Of a stretch of DNA of 64,000 bases, positions 31,872 through 43,048 are shown in pieces (within the stretch, counting starts at the first letter, position 1; the number at the start of each line of letters is the position of its first letter). The notes beneath the pieces are model-generated. The model was not told where the DNA came from and made no database searches. It was given only the letters and a program-made list of their open reading frames with translations. This DNA comes from an uncultured candidate division Zixibacteria bacterium (GTDB lineage: Bacteria; Zixibacteria; MSB-5A5; GN15; PGXB01), in NCBI GenBank assembly GCA_963702205.1, contig OY969724.1, positions 672,001 through 736,000 on the forward strand, written 5' to 3'. Both the position numbers and the translations under genes were made by a program.

Positions 31872-33437
31872 TCATTCCGCCAAAACCAGCTGCAGTTCGT
31901 TCACATAGACCACCCTTTTGTCTCGATTGGCAATAAACGCCCGCAACATGTAAGTAATATCGGGGAGCACCTTGGCGGCGATAATTGGCTGGCCGTCCAC
32001 GAACACCTGCACAGGTTTGGTCAAGTCAACCATGTCAGGTGATATCCTGATGGTCAAAGAACCAACTCGCGACGTCTGGAGTTCGAAGCGATTATTTTCA
32101 TATGAGGCCTTGATCACCGCCGACGGCTTCTCGCGCCGAAAGATATAGAAGGTCTTCGGCCGGGGCACTCTGCCATGGAGCGTAAGCAGACTATCTCCGC
32201 GCTTAACATCGATCCTAACCTCTGCCGCATATCTAAACGTCGCCTTCAATTTGCCTAGGTCAGCGCCACTATTGACCGTCACTCCGTTGCCACCTATAAT
32301 GATATCCGACGGCCGCACCCTAGCGTACCTCGCCACGAAATCCCCGTCTAGTACGGTGGCCACTCGCACGCCCGGAACGGTGCAGGTGTCGAACGTCATA
32401 ATCCCCAGTGACACAGTGCTGTCGATCAGTGCCACGTTGTAGTCGACATACCAGTCCGCGGGATCATCGATTGTCACATCATCAATCTTCAACCAGTGGC
32501 ACTCACCGTACTCGGGTGTTGCTGTCTCCCAATAGATAGCTTCTGGATAAGGACTGCGCGGATGTTGTTCAAGTGAATCCAATATCATCGCATAATCATA
32601 GGTTAATATGCTGGCAATGTGCTCGCCATCAAGTTGGTGGTGGTAAATATTGGCGCCTGCCTGCCGTGCCATACTGATCGCGCGCTGCATTTGTGATGTA
32701 GGGTAATACCTGTCTCGACTGGCCGTTGTGGCATAAACGTATGTGTTGCTCAGGTTAGGTGCATAAGTTGAGAAACCTCCATCTTCGCTACCGACACCCA
32801 TCGATCCGTTAAGAGCAGCATATGCGGCAAAATCATCGGGGCGAACCATGGCGTACAGGAACGCGGCAGAGGCACCGTCGGAGATTCCGCTCAAGAAGAC
32901 ACGATTGTCGTCGATATTGAAGTTCGACTTGAGCGCGCGAATTTGGGCCATCACGTTATCCATACCGACCCGGTCCCACCAGGTTGCTCCATCCTGACCA
33001 AAGGGAAAGAGAACCAGCCAACCGCGCTGCTCGGCAACCGACATGATAGCCGAGTCTCCAACGTACGTCTTCAAATCAGTTTCTATGTTTGGGCGACTAA
33101 CAATGCCGTGTAAATGGACCAGCAGTGGCGTCGCAATCCTGGGATTGTAGCCCGACGGCACGTAAAGGGCGTAAGGGCGAACGACACCGTCATCACACAA
33201 TGACTCTCCCCTAACGTCCTGCCCTTTCGTAGTATCAGGAAACGACAGCGACGTTAATTCAGCCATGACCGAGCGCCAGTTTAGCTGTGCCGTTTCAATC
33301 TGAACAATGAATGAATCCTGATTCACGCCGTCCGCAGAATTGATGAGTTCACTTAGCATGGTGTGCCAGTCTGCCGCCGAAGTAATCGGCGCTATTAACG
33401 ACAATAACCCAGCCACAATAGCTGCATATTTCTTCAT
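31872..33437 (-). CDS. Exported alpha/beta hydrolase (esterase/peptidase) with a PDZ-like insert
   Basis: Signal peptide; PLLVHLHG; GISDG nucleophile elbow; PGVRV..V...D.I...NG..V PDZ-like stretch. Confidence 0.72.
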   Translation of the reverse strand: MKKYAAIVAGLLSLIAPITSAADWHTMLSELINSADGVNQDSFIVQIETAQLNWRSVMAELTSLSFPDTTKGQDVRGESLCDDGVVRPYALYVPSGYNPRIATPLLVHLHGIVSRPNIETDLKTYVGDSAIMSVAEQRGWLVLFPFGQDGATWWDRVGMDNVMAQIRALKSNFNIDDNRVFLSGISDGASAAFLYAMVRPDDFAAYAALNGSMGVGSEDGGFSTYAPNLSNTYVYATTASRDRYYPTSQMQRAISMARQAGANIYHHQLDGEHIASILTYDYAMILDSLEQHPRSPYPEAIYWETATPEYGECHWLKIDDVTIDDPADWYVDYNVALIDSTVSLGIMTFDTCTVPGVRVATVLDGDFVARYARVRPSDIIIGGNGVTVNSGADLGKLKATFRYAAEVRIDVKRGDSLLTLHGRVPRPKTFYIFRREKPSAVIKASYENNRFELQTSRVGSLTIRISPDMVDLTKPVQVFVDGQPIIAAKVLPDITYMLRAFIANRDKRVVYVNELQLVLAE

Positions 33438-33580
33438 ATAATCTACCCTCGAGTCCGACGAGTCCTGTCTGTGGTAGATAGAATGTCAATCAATTCTCTG
33501 ATGCCTTCCTATACTCGAACCACTATGGACATGGTCGTTCCTGTCTTCCCCACATCAAGTTGGTCAGCACACTTGCACCA

Positions 33581-34096
33581 CTAGTCATATAGCCGCGAGC
33601 CCTTCTTTACAATTGGACAACTCACCCCATGAATAGTTCTGCGTGGCTCATTCCTATCGATCAGGTCTACTGTCCAGCCTTCTACCGAATACTCGACAAG
33701 CCTGAAATCGTAAACGTGTCCGGCTTCAGCATTGAAAGCGAACTTAAGACAGGCCTGATAAGCGCTACTCGGTAGAAATAGCTGACTAGTGGTACTCATA
33801 TCCCGTTTCGTCACCTGGCGCAATGTGAGTTGGTGGGAACCGGGGAGAAGCTCGAGCGTGTCTACGTAATCTATGTTCTCGGGTGTATCGCAATTGACCA
33901 CGAGCTTTTTCTCAAGACTCTCCAAATCATGCATTATGATGCGTGCAACCGCATCCGCCGGCTTTCTGGCGCCGTTCTCCGTTTCATACAGCACCCGCGT
34001 TCCGTGATACTCCCCCCCACATCCTACTGTCATTAAGGCAGTCAAAGACACGACCATGGAGAACGACGATTTGAGCCACTTCTTCCGTCTCTTCAT
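33581..34096 (-). CDS. Putative lipoprotein, paralog of 34452
   Basis: MKRRKK signal with TVGC lipobox; shares ARIIMHDL, DTLE.LPG.H and VEYS...W.VDLIDR.EP...IHG..CP with the paralog. Confidence 0.75.
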   Translation of the reverse strand: MKRRKKWLKSSFSMVVSLTALMTVGCGGEYHGTRVLYETENGARKPADAVARIIMHDLESLEKKLVVNCDTPENIDYVDTLELLPGSHQLTLRQVTKRDMSTTSQLFLPSSAYQACLKFAFNAEAGHVYDFRLVEYSVEGWTVDLIDRNEPRRTIHGVSCPIVKKGSRLYD

Positions 34097-34145
34097 CTCA
34101 CCCTCCCGAATTAACTCACACTTCACGGATTTGTAATCAATCGAT

Positions 34146-34346
34146 TCATCGACCTTCTTCCAGCTCGGCTGGCCAGTTGAGTACAACCTCGTATTCGGCC
34201 GGGGAGGCTTCGTGTGCCGCGGCCTTAATGATCACGAACTCCTGGCCGTCACTGGTCGCGTCGTAGCCGAAGTAGGTGTAACTTGCCGATTCGTCCTTCC
34301 AGCGCGGACGCACCTCCAGTGGAAATAGCTTCTGGGGCTTGCCCAA
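34146..34346 (-). pseudogene. C-terminal remnant of a sixth kinase-propeller gene
   Basis: PQKLF...GYDATSDGQEF...EVVLNWPAEL matches the C-termini of the genes ending at 35008 and 37699. Confidence 0.8.
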
Positions 34347-34451
34347 CCAGCAGAGTCGCGGCTCGGACTGTTAGAACGACCTTTGCGTTAGGCATATTAC
34401 CCTCTCCCCTCAAAACATTGTGTATCTGCCGCGTCCTGATTGTTTCCGGTG

Positions 34452-34955
34452 CTAGTCATATCTCCAGCCTACAAGGGGGCAGGTGGCGCCGTGGATGACT
34501 TTTTCCGGCTCCTGGCGGTCAATCAGATCGACTGCCCAGTTGCTGAATGAGTACTCGACCATCTTAAACTCGTACAAATGCCCCGACTTTACCTCGAACT
34601 TGAATAACCGGGCGGCCCGCGGGCTGCTCAACCAATAGGATACTTGTGACGAGCCGTGCAAGCTTTCTCGAAATAGAAGTCCCAGCACTATCCGGTGTGC
34701 TCCTGGGAGTACCTCAAGGGTATCTCTATAGTACACTGTCCGAGGGCCATCTACGATGATCACCAGATCTCTTTTGAGATTGCTCAGATCGTGCATGACA
34801 ATGCGTGCGACTTGATTTGCCGGCAGCCTTTCATCGCCGGGTTTTCCGTACATGACCTGTGTTTTGTGATAGTTCGTACCGCACCCCGCTACCAATTGGG
34901 TGACAAAGGCCACCAACATCAGCAGCACTACACTTCCGTACTTCTTCCGATTCAT
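34452..34955 (-). CDS. Putative lipoprotein, paralog of 33581
   Basis: MNRKK signal with LVAGC lipobox. Confidence 0.75.
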   Translation of the reverse strand: MNRKKYGSVVLLMLVAFVTQLVAGCGTNYHKTQVMYGKPGDERLPANQVARIVMHDLSNLKRDLVIIVDGPRTVYYRDTLEVLPGAHRIVLGLLFRESLHGSSQVSYWLSSPRAARLFKFEVKSGHLYEFKMVEYSFSNWAVDLIDRQEPEKVIHGATCPLVGWRYD

Positions 34956-35007
34956 TACCCTGCCCTCCTATATCGATTCGAACCTCACGGTTCACTGGTA
35001 CCTGAAG

Positions 35008-37699
35008 TTATCGAGCATATTCCAACTCCGCCGACCAGTTAAGGATGACTTCGATATCGCCGGCACTGCTCCCCTTCTCGTCATATGGTGTCACAAACAG
35101 AAACCGCTGACCGTCGTTCGAGACATCATACCCCCAGACAGTCGCAAGCGGGTCACGAATATACTCCCGCGTGAAAAGTAATTTAGGCGCGCTATATCGA
35201 AAGCCCTCCCTAAGGTCGAGCTGAACCGCCACAAAGTCGTTTCCCTCGAAAAAGAACAGCTCTTCTGTCGCCGGGCAAAAACGGGCCTGGGCGCCGGTGT
35301 GGGACAGGCACCATCGTCGCGCAGGTTGCTGCATATCGCAGACGAATATACGCCCCTCATTACTGTCTAACTGGTAAAGGAGATATCGGCCATCACCGAT
35401 TACCCCCCGCGCCCTGACAGGAGTGTGTAAAGAGCACTTCTCCTCTACCCTATCTGGGTCTTCCATTTGACGGACCAAGACGCGGCGACGAACGTCTGAC
35501 GATTCGTCGTGAAGATACTCGCACCACCAGAGCTTGTTAGAGGCGGACCAGCTTAATGGAATGAAATCAGACAAGCCGGATTCAATCGCCGTTTTCGGAA
35601 CCGGATCATCCAAGCGGCAGTACCGAATTGCGGCCACGTCCGACACGCCGTAGCCACAATACGCTACCGACTTTCCATCCGATGACCAGATCGGGAAATA
35701 CTCGGCTCCACTGTTTGAAGTCAGTCGGGATGCCACACCCGTCTCGGTGTAGAACACGCCTATTTTGAACTCTGATGCGGGCGACTCCCTGAAGCTGTAA
35801 GCTACTTTTTCATTGTCCGGGGAAAGTGAAATCTCACTATAGTAAACAGTTGGTCCCAGCGTATCCAATTCTCGTCCGCTCCGATCAACCCAGACCAGCT
35901 GGCTTGGTGCCAGCCTACTCTTCTGCAGCACGAGTATGTCGTTTTTCGACATGCCGGCACAGAAGTTCAAAGCGTCGTTCGAAATGAGCACGGCGTCTTT
36001 CGACTCCCGGACGGCAATCGGTTCCCCTTCGAACGCAAGAGACTTGAGATTGACCTGGCGCATGAACAAAGCGCCCTGCTGCAAGTAGAGAACCTGATCG
36101 TTGGGCGTGCATATCCCTTGGGAATTGGCCACGCCGAGTACGCGGTTGTCAACACCTTCTATATCCCCGATCTTCAGAGTGATCTCGTCGTCGTAGCCGC
36201 CCCACACCCGGGGCAGCGCTATGTAGACGAAATGACGCCCGTCGGACAGAAAGCTAGGCGTACCGGCGATTATCTCCCCCAGGCTGGTATCGGGACTTGT
36301 TGCCAGGGTAGGTTCGCCGCCAGAAGCAGAGACCTGGTAAATGGCGTGCGCGTCGTTGGGGTGATCATCGAATACGATCACATCCCGGCTACCCCAACTG
36401 CCGTCACCGCCGTTGGCTCGGCATATCAGTTGGGGCGAACCTCCGTCGGCCGCAACCTTCTTTAACTGTTTCCCTGCTTTGTCAAAATAGCCCAGGGTAC
36501 TTGCTATCGGGCGACCAGAAGGGGCGAAGAGCATCTGAAGTCCCGGGAAGAGGGAAAGCTACCGGTGAGTCGAGTGGTCGTACCCAGATCTGCGACCCGC
36601 CGGCGCTGTCGTAACCGGTAAACGCTAGAGATTTTCCATCGGGAGAGATCAATGGCATATTCATCCTGAGTATCCCCGGTGGCTTGGGAATTGTGAAACG
36701 AACGGTCCCCGCAGTGCGATCATCTTCCTTCAAAGCCCGTCCGCCAAGTATCAGCGCAATCAGGACACAGAGCGACGCCACACTCCACGCGACGGTCACA
36801 CCCCGCCGCCGTTTCGATGCCACCGGCGCCGGGATGCCCGCCTGTGACCCGGCCGAGGCGATCCACTCCAATTCATCTTTCAGATCGGCCGCTGATTGCC
36901 AGCGATCATCCGGGTCTTTTGCCAGACACTTCCGGATCAAACGATCAAGAGCCGGCGGAGAGGTCGGTTGAAGATCCGTTATAGAACGCGGCTCGTCCTT
37001 CATGATCGATCCGATCAAGCTCGCCCGGCTTGTCCCGGTGAAAGCTCGGCTTCCGGTTGCCATCTCGTACAGCACAGCGCCAAAAGAGAAGATATCGCTG
37101 CGTGGGTCTGCTTCCTTTGCCTCCAATTGTTCCGGCGACATATACTGCAGGGTTCCGACAATCGCCCCCGCTCCCGTTACGGGAGTGGTCTGTGTCTCCT
37201 CATTCATACCGACCACGGCTCCCGAGTGAAGTTTGGCCAGACCGAAATCGAGCAGCTTGGCGCCGTCCTTGGTTAGGAAGATGTTCCCCGGCTTGAGATC
37301 GCGGTGGACGACACCCTTGCGATGCGCCGCTTCCAGCGCGCCCGCCACCTGACTGCCGATTTCGAGGACTTTCGTGATGTCTAGTTTCCCTTTCACCAGG
37401 CGATCGGCGAGCGATTCCCCTTCCAGCAGTTCCATGACCAGGAAATAGACGCCGTTTTCATGCCCGATATCGTGCAGGGTGCAGATGTTCGGATGGTTCA
37501 GACTTGAGATAGTTTTCGCTTCACGTTCGAAACGAGCCCGGGCATCTTCATTCATCGCCGACTGTGGCGGCAGCACTTTGAGAGCCACCGTGCGACCCAG
37601 CCGCGTATCTGTTGCTTTGTACACTTCGCCCATGCCACCGGTCCCGGCGGGAGCGTCGATCTCATAAGACCCAAGCTTGTAGCCTTGTTCCAGACTCAT
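35008..37699 (-). pseudogene. Ser/Thr kinase-TM-beta-propeller (K5), split by a one-base frameshift at about 36495-36497
   Basis: Hanks motifs [15 protein letters not shown] and DFG; removing one C joins ...WSPDSKY to LGYFDKA...; WSPD/SPDG propeller repeats. Confidence 0.85.
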
Positions 37700-40395
37700 T
37701 ACTTCACTCCGAATTCTGTTTGCCAGTTGACGACTACCTCTATATCCCCAGTCGAATCGTCGGGCGAACTGACCGGGGCAACGAACAGAAATTTCTGGCC
37801 GTCGGAAGATATGTCATAACCCCAACGCGTAATCCACAAGTCTATCCACAGCTGACGGGTGAACAGCATCCTTGGAGTATCATGGTTAAACCCATCTTCT
37901 AGATTTTCGCTGACGACCATAAATTTGTCATCGTTGAAATAAAATATTTCATTTCCCATGGGGCTCCATTTTATTTTGTCTCCATTCTCGGTAATCCGCC
38001 ATCGAAGACCCGGGGTTGTCATGTCATATACGTAGAAGATTGGTCGCCGCAAGCCAATGATTTTCTGACAAAGCAGATATCGACCATCGGAAGATATATC
38101 ACGAGGGTTTAATTGTTCCGGAATCTCGAAGTAAAATTCAGGGGGGCTCGCTTGAGCCAGGTCAAATTTAAGTATCCGCCTGTTTCTTTGATATGGGGCG
38201 GGGTATTCACCAACCCACAATATATTTGAAGAAGACCATAATAACGGCACACATTCCGAAGAATCGGAAACCGCAAGTCTTCGGCTGCTGGCGTTACCAA
38301 GCCGGCAATATTCAATAGTGGTGGTATCACTCGCATGTCCGGCGAAGGCGATAGCAGATTCATCGGGCGACCAAACGGGGAAGAGTTCCTGATATTCATT
38401 GGCCGTGACGCGGACGTCTCGACCGCTTTTCAAATCAATGACCCCGATACGGAAGTCCTGCGTTTCAGAATGGCGCCCATGATATGCCACATATCGATTA
38501 TCCGGGGACAGCTTGATATCGCCGTAGATCGCGGGCTCTCCGATCGTATCCAATTCCCGGCCGTTTCTGTCCACCCAAACCAATTGCCCGAGTCTGGGAG
38601 GTCCCTTCTTCCACGCAATGATACCGTTTTGAGAGGCACTGGCATTCATTTGCATACCAGCCGATCGCGAAGAAGATATGGCCATTTCGGTTATCGGGAC
38701 GGGATCACCCTTCAACTCGAGCGAGCCGGTGTCAAACTTGTGCATGACCAAAAATCCATTCTTCAAATACATCAAGTAACCCGGTTCACAATAGATTGCC
38801 CTGACGCCTATTTTGCCAATTACTTTGGTTTCGTTATTATCTATACTGCCGGCTTTCAGGATCAAATCATCAGTTGACGAAGTCCATGACAGGGGTTGAT
38901 CGTTGTAAACGAAGTGCCGGCCGTCCGGCAGGAAACACGGCCAGGACACATATTTTTCACCAGACATGGAATCAGGTATTACCGCAATTGCCGGTTCACC
39001 GCCTGATATAGATGCCTTCCCAATTCCCACTCCATTAAAATCGTCGAACAAAATAATCCCATTTGTACCCCACGTACCATCGGCTCCGTCGGCTTTAAAC
39101 AAAATAATCGGCGGTCCACCCTCGATGGATACTTTCTTGAAGCAGCCATCAACGGCGTCGTAAAAAGCCAAACTCTTGCTGTCGGGTGACCAAAATGGCC
39201 GTCCTTGAGGATTAGGGGTCGATACAGTTGTACTTGGCAATCGATATGCTTCTGGATCCGCAAGCGGGCGTATCCATATCTGCGAAGTGCCCAGACTATC
39301 ATAACCCAGGAACGCCAGGTAGCGGCCGTCGGGAGAAATCTGTGGCCAGTCGACATCAACCACACCCTCTGGTTTGTGGATAGTGAAGCGGAAGCTCTGG
39401 GATGCCGGGCTCTTATGGGTCAACTGCTGCCAGCCGAGGGTCGCCGCGACAACAGCGAGCAGAGCGGCGGCGATCCACGCCGTTCGCAAACCTGCTTGTC
39501 GTTTCACCCTCAGCTTGAAAGCAGAAGAACTTCCGGACTCCAGCGAACGTCTGAAGCGCATCAAATCGGCCAGCATGCCGTCCGCGTGCTGATAACGAGT
39601 CTTTACATCTTTCTCGAGGGCTTTCTCGATGACAAACTGTAAACGATCCGGCAGACCCGCCTTGAAACGTGCCAACGGTTCCGGGAGATCATCGACCACC
39701 GCTTTCAGTGTAGCCGCCTCTGAATCGCGTTTGAACGGGTTCTGCTTGGTCAGAAGTTCGTACAGAACAACGCCGAGCGAGAAGAGGTCGCTGCGGTGGT
39801 CGACCTCCTGTCCCCGCACCTGCTCCGGCGACATGTAACCGACCGTACCCAAAGTCGAACCGGTCTTGGTTAGCTGCTCGGAACCCTGGATCGAGGCCAG
39901 ACCGAAATCGACAATGCGTACCCGTCCGTGGCTGTCTAACAGAATATTCGACGGCTTTATATCCCGATGGATAATACCCTTGTCATGCGCCGCCTGAAGA
40001 CCTTCGCACGCTTGTATTGCTATTTCTATGATCTTTTCAAGCGGCAGGTCTTTCCCGGCGATCACATCGCGCAGAGACCGCCCCTCGATCACCTGCATCG
40101 CAAAGAACGGCCGGCCATTGAATTCTCCGACTTCATAGATTGCAGCGATATTAGGATGATCTAGCCCGGCCGCGGCGTGGGCCTCGCGCGTGAAGCGTTT
40201 GCGGCAGTCGTCGTCCGGGCACAGATGAGGTGGCAGGAATTTTAGGGCGACTTTGCGATTGAGTTTGCTGTCCAGTGCCAGATAGACTTCCCCCATGCCA
40301 CCGGCACCGATTTTGTCGATGATGCGGTAGTGCCCCACCTCGGTGCCCGAGGTCAAGGAAACGTACGTGCGGGTCTTGTCGTCGTCAGATTGCAT
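37699..40395 (-). CDS. Ser/Thr kinase-TM-beta-propeller (K4)
   Basis: [11 protein letters not shown] and YMSPEQ motifs; one TM; ISPDG/WSPD (PD40/TolB-like) repeats. Confidence 0.92.
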   Translation of the reverse strand: MQSDDDKTRTYVSLTSGTEVGHYRIIDKIGAGGMGEVYLALDSKLNRKVALKFLPPHLCPDDDCRKRFTREAHAAAGLDHPNIAAIYEVGEFNGRPFFAMQVIEGRSLRDVIAGKDLPLEKIIEIAIQACEGLQAAHDKGIIHRDIKPSNILLDSHGRVRIVDFGLASIQGSEQLTKTGSTLGTVGYMSPEQVRGQEVDHRSDLFSLGVVLYELLTKQNPFKRDSEAATLKAVVDDLPEPLARFKAGLPDRLQFVIEKALEKDVKTRYQHADGMLADLMRFRRSLESGSSSAFKLRVKRQAGLRTAWIAAALLAVVAATLGWQQLTHKSPASQSFRFTIHKPEGVVDVDWPQISPDGRYLAFLGYDSLGTSQIWIRPLADPEAYRLPSTTVSTPNPQGRPFWSPDSKSLAFYDAVDGCFKKVSIEGGPPIILFKADGADGTWGTNGIILFDDFNGVGIGKASISGGEPAIAVIPDSMSGEKYVSWPCFLPDGRHFVYNDQPLSWTSSTDDLILKAGSIDNNETKVIGKIGVRAIYCEPGYLMYLKNGFLVMHKFDTGSLELKGDPVPITEMAISSSRSAGMQMNASASQNGIIAWKKGPPRLGQLVWVDRNGRELDTIGEPAIYGDIKLSPDNRYVAYHGRHSETQDFRIGVIDLKSGRDVRVTANEYQELFPVWSPDESAIAFAGHASDTTTIEYCRLGNASSRRLAVSDSSECVPLLWSSSNILWVGEYPAPYQRNRRILKFDLAQASPPEFYFEIPEQLNPRDISSDGRYLLCQKIIGLRRPIFYVYDMTTPGLRWRITENGDKIKWSPMGNEIFYFNDDKFMVVSENLEDGFNHDTPRMLFTRQLWIDLWITRWGYDISSDGQKFLFVAPVSSPDDSTGDIEVVVNWQTEFGVK

Positions 40396-40396
40396 G

Positions 40397-43048
40397 CTAC
40401 TTTTTCTCTTCTTCTGGATCGAATCGCCCTATCAACCAGACGTCGGAAGTGGTCGTCCCGGATACATAGACTATTGATTTGAAGTCAGGAGCTAGATCAA
40501 GAGTAACCTCGGCAAAAGGGCCAATACCAAACGGGAGAGTCATCAGGGTATCGACCAGTCTGGTTTTGATGTTTACACTACAGAGGTTGCTCGTCTCCCG
40601 GCTATAACGGTAATAGTAGATTAGCCGACCGTCGTCAGACCATAGCAGTGGGACCGCTCTGAAGATGCTATCCACAACAACTTGCCGCGGTTGGTCCCCG
40701 TTCAGCGACATAATCCAGATTCCATCCTCACTGTCCGGATATCGATTCCACATGACAGCTACCATCGATTTGTCCGGGCTCACATGGGGATTGAAGATCC
40801 AGCCGTTGGACTCCTCGTGAAGTAACTCGCGCTCGGTCCCGGTCTCGACGTCAACGCACATGATGTTCCGATTGCCGGGCTTCTGGTAGAGGATTTCTCC
40901 ATTCACACTCCAGTAGAGACCGAGTGAATAGAACGACGTCTCAGAAGAGGAGTAGCTTCGGGTCGTCCCTGTAGACAAGCTCAGTGTCCTCAGGTAATAA
41001 GCATTGCCGTCCTCTGAATGCAGGTACGCTAGAAACTCACCGTCCGGCGACCAGACCGGGCTGTTGTTGCAGGCGCCGTCGAAAGTCAGGCGCTCGGATT
41101 TTCCTCCTTCCATGGACACGCGGTAGACGTCCATCCGGCCATCTTTGAGCATCGTGTAAGCGACCGACTTGCCGCTAGGCGAGATAGCCGGTTGGTCAAC
41201 CAACGCTGTTCCGGAAGTGAGCTGAAGTGTCGGTGCTATGCCGTTACGATCGACGGCAGCTCGAAGAAGATTGGAGGTGGCCAATCTGCGGTTGTAAAGC
41301 AGACTCTTGTTGTCGCTGGCGACTGAAAAGCTGATCGCGGTCAAATCAGGCATAACGGTTTGCGGTTGGCCCGCACGATTCCCGTTCCTGGGGTCTATCC
41401 TCACCTTCATCAAGGATTTTCCGCCAACCATGTTATCCTGGAGATAGTATATTGCGTCGCCTGATGCCGACCAGCGTGCCGTCGAAAAATCTCCCTCGCA
41501 AATCTTGACCCCTTTACCTCCGGTGACCGGCACAGTCCACAGGGCGTTCATCACTGAGCCATTGCTTGTCAACAGGAACAGGTTACCTTTTGGAGACCAA
41601 TCAAGGTTATCTACCCATTCTCGCTCGACGTCGATCGGTATGGGTGAGGAGGTTTGAGACAGGAGATCATAGACCAGAATGGTGTCGCCCTTTCGGCAGC
41701 TGTTATGCTTCGCTACTCGATTGCCATCGGGAGACCAGGCCAGGGCCAAACTGCCGCAGACACCGCCGGGCAGGCGCCGGGATGCGCCACCGAGCCTTGG
41801 CAGAATAAAGCAGGCATTGAGGGAGTCCCCCCAGCAACATGTGGCGATAGTCGCGCCGTCGGGCGACCATCGGAATCCCATCATGTAATCGCTTTCTAAC
41901 AGCTGTACCGCGTTACCTCCATGAAAATCGGCGACGTACAGACATTCTTTCCCGTTGATCTGCCGTGACGCTGCGTAGAAGGAGCCATCGGGGGAGATTT
42001 CGCACTTCTCCACGTCTCCGAAGTAAGTGATCTGACGTTGGGTGTACTGCGGTGTGGATCCGTTTCTATCGGAGTCCAGGAGTTGAAACGCGAAAAACGC
42101 GAGGACCGCGACTGCCAATATGATCAAGGCTGAAAGGGCGAACCGGTGCGATCGCGCCCTGATTGGCAACTTGGCCGTATGCTCTCCCGAATCGGAAATC
42201 CGTTTGATCCGCACTAGATCTGCCTTGATGTCATCCGCGTGCTGGTAGCGGGTCTTGACATCTTTGTCCAGGGCCTTGTCAAGGATCGGCTGGAGTGAGT
42301 CCGGCAAGTTCACGCGGTATCTGGCGGCCGGATGGGGGAGATCGTCACTCACCGCTTTCAACGTCGCCGCTTCAGAATCGCGCTTAAACGGGTTCTGCTT
42401 TGTCAGCAACTCGTACAGAACAACCCCAAGGGAAAACAGGTCGCTGCGGTGGTCGACCTCCTGCCCCCGCACCTGCTCCGGCGACATATACCCGACCGTC
42501 CCTAGTGTCGAACCGGTTTTCGTGAGTTGCTCGGAACCCCGAACCGATGCCAGCCCAAAGTCGACGATGCGCACGCGACCGTGACTGTCGAGGAGCACAT
42601 TGGATGGCTTGATATCCCGATGAATGATCCCCTTGTCATGAGCCGACTGCAGCCCCTCACAAATCTGAATGGCTATCTCCAGGATGCGGTCTATTGGCAG
42701 GTCTTTGCCCGCAATCACTTCCCGCAGCGACTGCCCCTCGACAATCTGCATTGCGAAGAACGGTCGGCCGCTGTGCTCGCCCACTTCATGAATAGCCGCA
42801 ATGTTCGGATGATCGAGCCCCGCTGCGGCCTGAGCTTCACGGGTAAATCGCTTGCGGCAATCCTCATCCTGACACAGATGCGGTGGCAGGAATTTTAGGG
42901 CGACTTTGCGATTGAGTTTGCTGTCCAGTGCCAGATAGACTTCCCCCATGCCACCGGCACCGATTTTGTCGATGATGCGGTAGTGCCCCACCTCGGTACC
43001 GGATACCAGGTGAACGTGAGTACGGGTCCTGTCGTCGTCAGATTGCAT
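40397..43048 (-). CDS. Ser/Thr kinase-TM-beta-propeller (K3)
   Basis: Same kinase motifs; TM; many WSPDG repeats. The ATG at 43048 aligns with the paralog starts. Confidence 0.92.
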   Translation of the reverse strand: MQSDDDRTRTHVHLVSGTEVGHYRIIDKIGAGGMGEVYLALDSKLNRKVALKFLPPHLCQDEDCRKRFTREAQAAAGLDHPNIAAIHEVGEHSGRPFFAMQIVEGQSLREVIAGKDLPIDRILEIAIQICEGLQSAHDKGIIHRDIKPSNVLLDSHGRVRIVDFGLASVRGSEQLTKTGSTLGTVGYMSPEQVRGQEVDHRSDLFSLGVVLYELLTKQNPFKRDSEAATLKAVSDDLPHPAARYRVNLPDSLQPILDKALDKDVKTRYQHADDIKADLVRIKRISDSGEHTAKLPIRARSHRFALSALIILAVAVLAFFAFQLLDSDRNGSTPQYTQRQITYFGDVEKCEISPDGSFYAASRQINGKECLYVADFHGGNAVQLLESDYMMGFRWSPDGATIATCCWGDSLNACFILPRLGGASRRLPGGVCGSLALAWSPDGNRVAKHNSCRKGDTILVYDLLSQTSSPIPIDVEREWVDNLDWSPKGNLFLLTSNGSVMNALWTVPVTGGKGVKICEGDFSTARWSASGDAIYYLQDNMVGGKSLMKVRIDPRNGNRAGQPQTVMPDLTAISFSVASDNKSLLYNRRLATSNLLRAAVDRNGIAPTLQLTSGTALVDQPAISPSGKSVAYTMLKDGRMDVYRVSMEGGKSERLTFDGACNNSPVWSPDGEFLAYLHSEDGNAYYLRTLSLSTGTTRSYSSSETSFYSLGLYWSVNGEILYQKPGNRNIMCVDVETGTERELLHEESNGWIFNPHVSPDKSMVAVMWNRYPDSEDGIWIMSLNGDQPRQVVVDSIFRAVPLLWSDDGRLIYYYRYSRETSNLCSVNIKTRLVDTLMTLPFGIGPFAEVTLDLAPDFKSIVYVSGTTTSDVWLIGRFDPEEEKK

